Assembly: GCA_951406725.2 (NCBI GenBank)
Contig: OX597824.1
Location: 31,186,001 to 31,250,000, forward strand
Direction: 5' to 3'
Length of the DNA stretch: 64,000 nt
Origin: Octopus vulgaris
Taxonomy: Eukaryota
The notes under the pieces were generated by a model. That model was not told where the DNA came from. It saw nothing but the letters and a program-made list of their open reading frames with translations, and did no database searches. Below, piece by piece: positions 43,240 to 55,105 of the stretch. The position numbers were made by a program, and so were the translations under genes. The number at the start of each line of letters is the position of its first letter. The first letter of the stretch is position 1.

Positions 43240-44454
43240 GTACAGGCTGATTTTAATTTTTTTTTTTCTTAGAGCACATATAACTGTTTTATGAGATGTC
43301 AATTGTAATCATCTTATTGTTTTTACCTTATGGAAGTATTGTACATTTGGGTGACCTTATTTGTTTTTAAATAGGGTACATTATTCCACTAACCATCTTC
43401 ACTGCTGCCAAGCAATATCAGCATGATGACAGGCAGAGATGGGTTCACATGCATATATGTAGCTACATGCATGCGTGTGTGTGTGTATGCACACATGCAT
43501 ATACACATACATGGTAGCATTTTGTAGAGTTTCCATCTACCAAATTTCAATCACAAGGCATTGCTCCTCCTGATATGTCAGTCGACCATAAATAAACCCA
43601 CATGGTTGTGAAGCAAACTTTTTAACTATGCAGCCATCTCTCCACCAATATTAATATAAAGTCTACAAATGTCTGCAGCAGTTGAAGCACAAAGCAAATG
43701 CAAGTGATTTAGGGAGTAAATTTCCTTTTCTTTCATAGACAATATTAAATACTGTCAATTCCACTTGTAGTCTGCCATCATATTCCATTTTGCCTGATAT
43801 TCCTCATTATTTTGATATTTTAATTGCATTTTTACCAATTTATTAACATAAGATTTGAGGGAAAGTACCATACACAGGAAATGTATTTTTACTCCTATTA
43901 TATTTAGTTGCTGAAAACTCTCTAGTAAAGCAGCAACAGAGCCTGTTAATTTTCAGCCCTTATCTTGCAAAAGAATGTGACATGCTCTAAACATGCTAGC
44001 CACATTAATGCTTTTCATTCATTTCATTAAGAACATGGTGTTTCTCACACAGTCATAGTTTTGATTGTTGGACTGAGCAATGTTTTGTGTTCTCAAGCAA
44101 AACGCATATTGCTCCAGTTCACTCAGCTGTAAATAATTAACCCAGCAATGGACTGGTATCCTATTCAGGAGAAGTGTTGTGATCTTGGTCACTTATATGC
44201 CAGGGAAACTAGCCCTATGAACTCTAGGATTTAAGAAAGTCATGTTCAGGGGTTAATCATGATGAAGGAATTTTTTTATTAAGTTGCTCCAGCTGATCAG
44301 TGGTTCTTTATTGAATACCTTTCTCTCACATTTTGAATTCTCTGAATGGCCAGTTATTTTGAAACTTTGTAATTTATTTTCAATGTTAAATGTCTTATAA
44401 ATATAATTGACAAGGGGTTTTGGTATAAACTCTTTGTGTCCTTAGACATGTAGA

Positions 44455-44850
44455 TTATCATCTTTAACATCTGTTTTCCATAGTGGCATGGGTTGGACGG
44501 TTTGACTGAGGTCTGGAGATCCAGTGGCTGCACTAGGCTCCAATCTGATCTGGCAATGTTTCTACAGCTGGATGCCCTTCCTAATACCAACCACTCCCAG
44601 AGTGAGGCAGGTGCTTTTTATGTGTCACTGGTACAGGAGCCAGTCAGGCAGGCCTGGCATTGATCACATTCGGATAGTGCTTTTTACGTGCCACCGGCAT
44701 GGGGGCCAGTCAGGGGAGGGATAATGGCATCAGCCACATTTGGATGGTGCTTTTTATGTGCCACTGGCATGGGAGCCAGTCATGTGGTACTGGCATCAGC
44801 CACGTTCGGGTGGTGCTTTTTTACATGTCACCAGTACGGGAGCCAGTCAG
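44455..44850 (-). mobile_element. RTE LINE 3' end
   Basis: Same family as 21978-22470. Confidence 0.8.
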
Positions 44851-45774
44851 TGGATACTAACACTTCTAAATTAGAACAATTCTACTTTTAGTTGGATTAA
44901 ATGTTCAAGGCAGAACTGAAGCTACAGGAGTTGCTGTTTGTCAGTAAAACATGCTACACTTTTGTAAAAGAGCCTACATTCAGCTGACATACATTCATAT
45001 GTGTAACACCTGTAGTTCAAGGAAGCAAATTCAAGTCAAAATTACTGAATTGCTTGTGACAGAATAATTTATATTTGAATATAAGTCAAAATTAAATAGA
45101 AAAGAGTGAAAACTGAATGTAAGCATACTGTGGGAGTGAGTCTGATCTTTGGCAAGCATTGCTTTCGTCTTATTAGGCCTCCTGGTTGTACAGTAAGAAA
45201 CTTGGTTTCAAGTTGAGTTCACTTTGTGGCATCTTGTACAAGAGTCTACTGTTATAGCCCTGGACTGGCCAAAGCCTTAGTGAATTTGATAGCAACTGAA
45301 AGAAACTTGTATGTGTGTATATATATATATATATATGCACACACACAAAAACATGACAATATGTCTGGTCATGGGAGTGTATTACATTATGTAGAAACAG
45401 GTGGGGGTTGGTGACAAGAAGAGCACCTGGCCTCTACAAATTCTGTCCTACCTATGCCTTGGTGCTGAGAACTTATTGGATATCACTTAAGTTTCAATAG
45501 CTTTATTTTAAATTATAAATAAATATATGTTTGTGTACTCATTTAAAAAACATTTTCCATGCTGTGTTAATGTAGTTCAGAATGATACTGCACATAAACA
45601 GGAAGCATACAATGTACACTAAAATGGACACAATAACAATTCTAGGTCTAAATTTAATTTTGTGCTAGGTTGCCATCCTTATCCTATGCTCTGATGAAAT
45701 CTTTGTCTGACTACCAATTTCTATCTAACAGTTATGAATTTTGCTAATCTTGAAATATTTACTGTATTTAAAAG

Positions 45775-45901
45775 CTTGCAAAAGCTGAAAACTTAAAACC
45801 TCTGGAACTTGAACTACGGCGGCTGGAAGACTTGTCCAAATCAATTGTTGATGATTTTGCATACATGAGGAATCGAGAAGAGGAGATGAGAGATACCAAT
45901 G
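45775..45901 (+). CDS. TMED10: TMED10 exon 4
   Basis: tttaaaag| [42 protein letters not shown] |gtaaag (coiled-coil region). Confidence 0.94.
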
Positions 45902-47661
45902 GTAAAGTTTTTTTTTTTTCTTTTATTCACTGTTACTTAGGATGTTTACTTTTCTTTTTTTTTATTAACGTCATTGTCTTACCTTTGGTCAAAGTTTGCA
46001 ATGCTTTATTACTGATTTAATCTTTGTTTAATTATTTACCAATTTTTGAAAATGTCTTGTTGAATAATTTGAAATTTTTCACGTCACTCAAATTATCTTT
46101 CATAAATACTTGTTCTGCACTACATTTTGATTAGTGCCTTATCCTTGTAGAGAAACTTCTTAGAACTTACACTTGCTAATACTTTTCAATTGTGTCCAAT
46201 TCTTCAAGCTCTGTCAGTTTTTCCTCTTGTTGTTTAAACCCAGGTCAGCCCTGATTTAGCATGCTTTTGGTCAAAGATGCTAAAGCTATAACCATCCAGT
46301 GTTTTTCAGAAATAGTGTGTCAAGGATTATATTATGTATTTTTGAAGATGTTAGGATACGACTGGAGGGAAATTTTGTTGCTACGTAAATACATGTTCAT
46401 CTCTTCATACTACCCTAAATATTTTTACCCAATTTTTTTCACTGTTGAATTGCATCCCTCTAGAATTCCCCTCCCTGTTTACTCCCTTTCGGTATCCCAC
46501 AAAACTTTGAACTAATCAGTAACCATATTAACCTTAAACTATCTTCCTATTTAATAGGAGCCCTGAAAGACTGTAAACTCTTTTTCCTTTTCCAACTCAA
46601 CTAAATAATGAATGAAAATTGAAACTTATCAAAGCTATTTATGATGTGGTTCAGAAATTTTTACACACCAGTGTAAAAGGTGTTAAAACACTTATTTGAA
46701 TAAACAGAAATTCTGATAGTTTGTAATTTCAACTGCTGTTAGTTAACTGTTTCTTAAGAGGATATATATGATACTATGGTTTGTTGTTTTGGGAAAAAGA
46801 GAAAATTAATACTTTGATTGGCTGGCAAATCAGTTTTAATAATGATAATTCATTTGTATTTTCAGTTTTGTGAGAAATGTTTATTTGAAAGTGGTATAGC
46901 TTTTACATTAAGTTGACTTAAACTCATATTCTGAATATGGAGGCCATCAATATCTAAGCTTGAAATTTTAAAGACACGTTATTGAAAAATATTCTGTAAT
47001 TAAATATATATTGTTTAATGCTATCCTAACTCTGAAATATCTTGTTAAAAGCAGGTGACACTAGAAATTATTGACAAAAATAAGTTAGTGATGAGATCAC
47101 TGGGATGTTGCTTATAACTTGAAAACTGCATTTGCACATTTAAATTTTTAATATTTCGGACTAAGCTTTCAAGAGAAATATAGTGTGTGGTTGCCTGAAG
47201 AGATGCAAATATTGTTTGTAATGGATCAGTTGTTGAGAATAATTTATTGTGATTGTAAAAAACAAGCTTCTTAGCAGGTTAATTGTTGTGTATCAGTAAA
47301 TACAGAAATGAAATTAGGATCCATCACATCTGATTTAAATGTTCTTTATAAAGTCTTTCATAGTGAAAATGATGTTCAACTGTTAAATAGCTGTGACATA
47401 TAACTCTGTGCTTACTCTCATTTTGAATAAATCTGTAATATTGCCAGCATGTAGTCTACTTCCTTTACAAGTAAGTTTTGTTTTCATAACATAATACTTG
47501 CATCTATGTTAGAACTGAAAGTAATTGGTACAAGTTTATTCACAAGTTATTGTTTTTTCTTTGTATATTTATAATGCATATTATAATTTTAATTTAATTC
47601 TAAAATATTGTTATATCAGGTTGATAATTATTTTTTTTTTATTTTTTCTCTTCTTTTTTAG

Positions 47662-47783
47662 AATCAACCCATTCTAGAGTAATGTACTTCAGCATTTTCT
47701 CTATGTGTTGTTTGCTTGGCTTGGCCACATGGCAAGTGCTATATCTTCGCAGATACTTCAAGTCAAAGAAACTTATTGAGTAA
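47662..47783 (+). CDS. TMED10: TMED10 exon 5, coding part
   Basis: ctttttag| (E)[41 protein letters not shown] helix plus dilysine KKLIE. Total CDS 624 nt, 207 aa. Confidence 0.96.
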
Positions 47784-48962
47784 TAGTAAAACATTTTCCT
47801 CCTCCTCCCTCTCTCTCTTTCTCTCTTTCTCTCTCTGCTAGATCTGGAGGAAGGGTCAGTGGCCATAACATTTTCAGGCCCTTATGTTCTCTTTCATTAC
47901 TTTCCTTCCAATTATAACCATTTTATTTTACTTTATTTGCCCTCATTCAAAAAACCCATGAGATGCTAAACTAAATGTTAGAGGATGTGATAATTTCAGT
48001 TAGTGATTGGAACCATTTTCCTTCACTTACATCATTAACATCCATGGGAAGATATGAACCTCATTCATAACTCATGCATCCTCTTGTAAGGGAAAAAAAA
48101 CTCTGCCTTTAAAAAATGCAGTTGAAGAAGGAAGACAAGATAGATTATTTTAAATAAATTCTGCAGTGTGTGCCTGAACATGTCAGATGCTGTTGCTAAG
48201 CATCCTGTTGCTCAGATTCTATACAATGCCACTTTGTGGCATTTTCATGTTTTCACATAAACTACTTCTATAACAAAATAGCTTAAAGTGATAAAAACAT
48301 ATGCATTCTAGTATATTATAAATCTTCTTTGTGTTGAATATATATAATTTAACTATTTTACAACTCTGGTTTCTAGATACATTTCTTCATGAAGTAATTT
48401 TCTATTAATCTAAAATCAATTGTTCTTCGTTGGTATGAATTTAATGTTCAAATTGTTTGATTTCATCCCCTTTTCTACTTTACCATTTAACTACATTAGA
48501 TAACAAGCCTCAAAAATATATCCAAAGCTACATTGGGATCTATATTATATTTATAGAGTAAAACTTGAGTGTGTACATATGTGAAAGGAAGAATAATAAT
48601 TAGCATTTCTAAGATAATTTAAATTGAAAACATTGATATTTATTCAGGCATAGAAATCTTAAAATTGAATTATCATATAGGAATTATTTCAACTTAATTT
48701 CATTTCTAAATGCATTCTTAGCTTTGTGTCCAACTTCCTCCCATCCACTCATCTGCCTAATTGCATCTAAGTTACTGGCTCAGTGTCTGATTGGAATTCT
48801 AGATAAAAAGGAAAAAAAAAACATTAAAAATTTTCAAGGAAAACTGGTGTGTAAATACTTTCATTGTCTGATTATAATAAAATAAAAAAAAGTATTTTAA
48901 AAAAAAATCTTTACCCCATTTGTTTTGTCTTGATTCTTTTATTTCCATAAATTCTATCTTGG

Positions 48963-49696
48963 GGATCTTTACTTTTTGACCGACAGATTTTAAAAATAAT
49001 TGTTTGTATCTAAACACTCTCAAACTTCGTATACGGGTAGAATGTGTCACATAAAACATCTTTTACTCTTGGCGTTGTTGAGAAAATTCTGTATTTTGGA
49101 AGTTATTTCTTGTTAAAGTTGTCGTATTTCGGTAATTTCAACCAATCAATGACGTGTATTCAACTGAATAAAATTACTGCTATTGTTTGTCAACAACTTC
49201 CAGTGGTGTATATTTCGTTTGTCACTGTTATTTATGACATATTTCATCTCAGTTACGTTTGTATGAATAAATGAGTGTGTCTGAAGCATGTTTACTTCAT
49301 GGCACCACCATAATCGTCCGTACTTCATTTTTCATTTTTTTCCATAACTCTAACCCTAAAACTCCAACCCTAACCTGAACCCTAAAACCTAAAGCTAAAA
49401 CCAGTACGAGTGCACAAACAATGTCATAAATAAGTGACAAACAAAATATACACTGCTGGAAGTTGTTGGCAAACAACAGCAGTAATTTTATTCAGCTGAA
49501 TACACATCATTGATTGGTTGAAATTACCGAAATACGACAACTTTAACAAGAAATAACTTCCAAAATACAGAATTTTCTCAACAACGCCAAGAGTAAAAGA
49601 TGTTTTATGTGATACATTCTACAAGTATACAAAGTTTGAAAGTGTTTAGTTACAAAAAATTATTTTTTAAATCTGTCGGTCAAAAAGTAAAGATCC
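48963..49696. mobile_element. Fold-back MITE (Merlin-like), related to 15658-16062
   Basis: TIR ggatctttactttttgaccgacagattt / aaatctgtcggtcaaaaagtaaagatcc, arms about 280 bp. Imperfect TSD tatcttgg/tatctcag. Shares internal agaattttctcaa...cattctac block with the 15.7-kb MITE. Confidence 0.88.
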
Positions 49697-49799
49697 TATC
49701 TCAGAGATGGAGATATCAATTAAAAGTTGTGAACTTATAACAATATATATGGGAAATGTCCATGCAAACTTTCTTTTCAGATGCAGAATACTGTCTCCT

Positions 49800-52037
49800 A
49801 TTTGTGTGTCCCCTCTGCCTACACACCTTACTCACCCTTAGAGTTGGCATACTCAATATAGCATGTTGAAAGGTAGGTCTGGTGAGATAGTTGAGATGCT
49901 TGAATGGAAGCATGTAGATGTGTGTTGCTTCTAAGAAGTAAGGTGAAGAGATTTTGCCAGGTTCTTCACAGGCAAAGCGCATAAAATCTGGATAGAGAAC
50001 ACTGATGGGATTGGTGATGTGATCATACTGCTTGTTGAGAAATGGGTTGATAAGGCAATTGTGGTAGTCAGTCAGTGGTAGAATACTTAAGCTTAGACTA
50101 GTTTTGCAAAGTGGTACAGCAACTATTATTTCAGTCTACACCCCTCAACCAGGACTCTGATGAACAGAAAGACCCATTTTATTACACCCTTTTGCAGACT
50201 ACCTCATTGACAAATAACTGAGCTTCTCTTTGTGGCTAATGACTTGGACAACATCCATGGTGGCAATGGATTCAGTTTCTGCAATGAGGAGGGAACCAGG
50301 CTGCTGGAGTTCTGTGACACAAGTGACCTTATTATTTGCAACACTAACTTCTTCAATCTGGTGGGCACACTAGCCAGATTGACTTCATTCTAGTCAGAAA
50401 ATGGGGAAATGGTTAATAATAATGGCCAAAACTTTACCAGCTGAAGAATATATCCCTCAACATAGGTTAGTTGTTAGCAACTTCAGAATCGTCAAGAAGA
50501 CAACCAGTATGGAAAAGAAAGGTCTGGAAGCTTGAGAATCCCCTGAATGGTCAGAGATTTAAGGCGTATTACTAGAAGCATTTAAAAGAAAAAAAAATTA
50601 AAATATCTGGTGGAGTGAGATATGGCCTAGTCTTCCATATAGTCAATCAAATTGTCCATGAGGGAGTTATATCCAACAGCACATGTAGCAGAAATAATTA
50701 TAATTGTAGAGATGTCAAACTGCTGGATCAAGTAATGAAAGTAACAGAGAGGGTTATAACTTAACTATGTTGGAAGAGAGCTTAGATGAGATGTTGTTTG
50801 GTTTTGTTCCTGGGAGGACAGCTGATGTTATATTCCTGGTAAAGCAACTGCAGAAGTGTGTAGCCAAAAATAAACCTCTGTACTTAGTGGTCAATGTGGT
50901 AGCTAGGAATGAGTGGTTAGTGAGAACTGTACAAGCCATGTTCATGGATGCTGCCAATAAGGCGAAGGTTGGCAACAAGTATAGCAATGAATTCAGTGTA
51001 CAGGTTCTTGTTCATCTTATCCATAGGTCGCCATGCTATAAAAGATAAATTCAAGACTGGCTACCCATGGGTGCTCCTCTACACTGATGACCTTGTTCTT
51101 ACCGATGAATCACTATCGACTCAAAGAAGGAATTTCAGGTTTGAAAGCTAGGCCTAAGTGTTAATTTAGCGAAAACCAAAGTCCTAGTAAGTAGGAAAAC
51201 AAACGAATCACAAATCTCTTCGGGGATTTGTGGTTTGTAAGGAGGGTGTTGGTAGGGCTTGATTTGTAAGAAAGGTGCTGGTAGAAACTCCATACATTGT
51301 ACCCAATTCAAAATAGTCTTTGTGTGGGTACAATAAGCACTAAAAATGCACAGACAAAAGTCTCCCTCAAATGTTCAGGGAGATCATTAGAAGTAATAGA
51401 TAACTTCTGTTACCTAGACAACCAAGTTAGCAGTGGAGGAGGAAGTTCTGAAAGTGAAGTTGCTAGAATAATTACAGGCTAGGTAAAGTTCAGAGAGCTT
51501 CTACCTTTGTTGGTAATTAAAGGCTTCTCCCTCAGAGTGAAAGGCAGATTGTATGATACCTGTATATATACAGCTATGCTAGATAGCAGTCAAACGGACT
51601 ATGACTACAGAGACTTGAGAAGGCTGGAAAGAAATGAAGCTAGCATGCTCTGCTGGATGGGCAATATCAATGTGCACACACAACAGGGTGTAAGTGATTT
51701 AAGAAGAAAACTTGGTGTTAGAGTCAAGATGTGTGCAAGAGAGAAGATTTTGCTGGTCTGGTCGTGATGCATATGGATGAGGGCAGCTGCATAAAGAAGA
51801 GTCAAACTCTAATTGTGGAGGAACTTGTGGAAGTAGGTAGATATGAAAAAAGATCTTCAGATACTGGGTCTCACTGAGGAAATAACAAGGAACCATGAGT
51901 TGCTGTACATCATGAGATCCATCAAGCTAGGTAAAATCACTGCCGTCCATACATACAGGTTTGTCCTTTATAGGTACCGTGCTACATAAAAAGCACACTC
52001 TGTAAAGTGGCTGGTGTTAGGAAGGGCATCCAGCCAT
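49800..52037 (+). mobile_element. Degenerate, internally deleted RTE LINE (APE, RT, PHD remnant, 3' UTR)
   Basis: LRVGILNI...LKGRSGEIVEML, QIDFIL, FGFVPGR, LLYTDDLVL, VNLAKTKVL, LEVIDNFCYL, SLRVKGRLY. Confidence 0.9.
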
Positions 52038-52044
52038 TGTTGCT

Positions 52045-53545
52045 ATTTATTGATCTATAATTATTATTCTGGTTACTATTTTTGCTATTGTTCATATGGA
52101 AACTTAAATTTACTAGTGTTGTGTGCTGCTATAATTTGAGTTAGATTTTTCATATTAGGAAAAATCTAGTTTAATTAAATGTTAATTAAAAATCTTGTAG
52201 TGTTTATTGTCTTTAGGAAAATTTTTAGTCAATGCCAAATAAAACAATGTTGGTATATTGGAAATTATTTGTTTTCTGAAGGGAATTATATACCATTCAA
52301 TATAGCTAGAGGTATCTATGTTATCAAGGTATGTATTTCTATTTCGACATTAGCTTTTTTGTCAACAAATGTAACCTATTTAGTTGGTCCTTACTACAAC
52401 ATTAGGTTTGTTTGCTATTATATTTGTCAGTTATTTGTATAGTACTATTTAGAGAGCTTATGTATTGGTTACCTCCCCTATTTGAATGGGACATCTTAAG
52501 AGATCCATTCATATCTAAGCCATTTGGCACAAATTCATGTAAATTTGTACTCTTTTTTGTGTCTAGATACTCTAATTGTATAGACTTCCTATCTTTAACT
52601 CTTCCTATTGTCTGTTCCTTTTGGTTGTTGGTGTTTGTCATATTATGCATATTATTTTGATTATCATCAGGATAGTCCATCCTGCTACTTATATTATTTC
52701 TATTATTACTACTGTTAAAGAATTTTAATTTTTCTCCATGTAGAGGCGCAATGGCCTAGTGGTTAGGGCAGCGGACTCGCGGTCGCAGGATCGCGGTTTC
52801 GATTCTCAGACCGGGCGTTGTGTGTGTTTATTGAGCGAAAACACCTAAAAGCTCTACGAGGCTCCGGCAGGGGGTGGTGATCCCTGCTGTACTCTTTCAC
52901 CACAATGGCGGTGCCCCAGCATGGCCACAGCTCAAGAGCTGAAACTGGAAAAACAAAAACAAAAAAACAAAAATCCCACCGTCTCCAATGCTAAATTGTA
53001 AAAGTCTTCATTTAGTTTAAATATTTCCTTGATTGCTGAGAGGTTAGTAATGCAGATTGATATATTTGCTACTATAGATTAGATTATACTTTTTGGGTGA
53101 TTGTTATTTTTATGAATATATCTAAGGTTCATATTACGTTTAACATATGGCCTGTACTTAGATCTCAATTAACATCAAGAAAGTTAACAGACTTATGCTC
53201 CTCTTCTACTGATATTGAGAGTCCTGTGTTTTTAAAAACTTTTCCTATATTTTTCTATGTCCTGATTTGAGGGGTTAAACAGGATGAAAAGTGCATCATC
53301 GTTGTATAGACCCTGCTCTTATTTCAGGGAGTTCTTATACAAGCAGAAGAAAATGTATATCCCAACTAAGTCCGTTACCTGAGCAGAATCTGTCGATCCC
53401 ATAGTTATATCAAATATCTCTGGTCTAACCTTCCCCTCAAATTTGATAATTGATTTCCTAGCCACTAGAATAATGTCTACCTCTACTCTAGTAAGTCCAG
53501 AGATTTTCATAGCAAACATGAGTGCCTTATTTAAGAGAATATATA
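52045..53545 (-). mobile_element. Penelope-like element RT fragment, probably Naiad-type
   Basis: Minus strand LLNKALMFA, FDITMGSTDSAQVTDLVGIYI, GLYNDDAL, and later WYIIPF...NIPTLF...KNFPKDNKHYKIFN. Confidence 0.75.
52744..52975 (+). mobile_element. SINE with family B head and short family-A-type tail, inserted in the PLE
   Basis: ggcgcaatggcctagtggttagggcagcggactcgcggtcg...ggcggtgccccagcatggccacag, A-rich tail. Confidence 0.85.
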
Positions 53546-53699
53546 TAAGGTGTGCACATATATCTTATCACAGAGGCTAAAAGATATAGCTTTTCCTAGC
53601 TCCTATCCTCTCCTTTCAGATGATTGTTCCTCGGGGCTTTGTGGGATTAGAGATGATTTTGAAGCAGATGTAACTGTTCAGAATGTCAACAAGAAACTT

Positions 53700-54660
53700 T
53701 CAGGAAAACTGCGGACATCGACGAGGCTCACAAAACAAGGAAGAGAACTAGTAATGTATTGCCAGAGTTCATGAAAATCTATGCAGCGAATGATTCATGA
53801 GATAAAGATTTTAAAATTAAGTATATACTGTAATTTGAAATACTGTCATTGAAAAAGTTACAATCCAAGAATAGCTGATACTCTCAAAGAAGATGATCAG
53901 AACTGAAGGTTGGACTTTTGTGAATGATACTTGACAAGATATGTAGAAGATACAAACTTTCCAACAAAGGTTGTTTGGAGTAATGAGGCTCAATTAACAG
54001 CCTAAACAGCATCTTCATGGGATCTGAAAATCTGCACATTAAGGAGGAACATCATATTAATTTACCAAGATATACAGTTTGTGTGGATTATCCTGAAAAA
54101 GACTAACACGACCATTCTATTTTGACAGTACTATGATTGATCCATTTCCTTGAATTTGCTGCAACAATCTGTCATGTCAAGCATTCAAGAGTACTTTGAA
54201 GATCATCATCATCATCATCATCGTTTAACATCTGCTTTCCATGCTGGCATGGGTTGGACAGTTTGACTGAGGGCTGGCAAGTCAGAAGGCTGCACCAGGC
54301 ACCAATCTGATCTGGCAAAGTTTCTACAGCTGGATGCCCTTCCTAACATCAACCACTCTGAAAGTGTAGTGGGTGCTTTTTACTTGCCACCGGCATGAGG
54401 GCCAGTCAGGCAGTACTGACATCAACCACGCTTGAATGGTGCTTTTTACGTGCCACTAGCTCGGGAGCCAGTCAGGTGGCACTGGCATCGACCACGTTCA
54501 AATGGTGCTTTTTACGTGCCACCAGTAAGGGTGGTACCTTCATACCACTATAAGAATATAAGGGCTTACGTTGATGAGATTTTTACCAAACAAGTGGACT
54601 GAACAAAAAAAAGTTCAGAAAAATACTCTCCCTGTTCACTGGACCTGATACCCAATTTTC
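53700..54660 (+). mobile_element. Tc1/mariner transposase remnant interrupted by an RTE 3' end
   Basis: VVWSNEA, PFYFD and PCSLDLIP (PRSPDL-like). Confidence 0.6.
54203..54535 (-). mobile_element. RTE LINE 3' end
   Basis: Same family as 21978-22470. Confidence 0.82.
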
Positions 54661-54885
54661 TTAAAGATGGGACTACATGATTTTCTTTAAGATGCTGTAA
54701 TCATTGCTTACTCTCTCACTCTTTTGAAATCCTACAATAAAGAAAATATGACATCCTCTGATAAGAACCCCATAGTTTCATATATATTTTTAAATGATAG
54801 TTCATAATTTCAACATCATATGAATGACAAACTTACCAAATTGCATAATTACTTCCCTTGGCAAGTCACTAACTGAAAGTTATCT

Positions 54886-55105
54886 GTTGTGTCTGGGGAG
54901 AGTCATTTTCTTTTTGTGCCTTATAACGTAACACACTCACCGGTAAAATTTCCACTTATTTCTTATTTTTATTTTCCTAAAATTTTCGTTACCTCTTGCA
55001 ACCTTTTCAATACACAAAAAGAAAATTACTCTCCCCAGACACAACAGAACATGCTTCAACACACGAACTCATATAAAGAATCTTACAAACCAAATCCAAA
55101 AATGA
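54886..55105. mobile_element. Short fold-back repeat with asymmetric tail, copy 2
   Basis: Homologous to 9345-9562 but with a different inversion junction. Confidence 0.75.
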
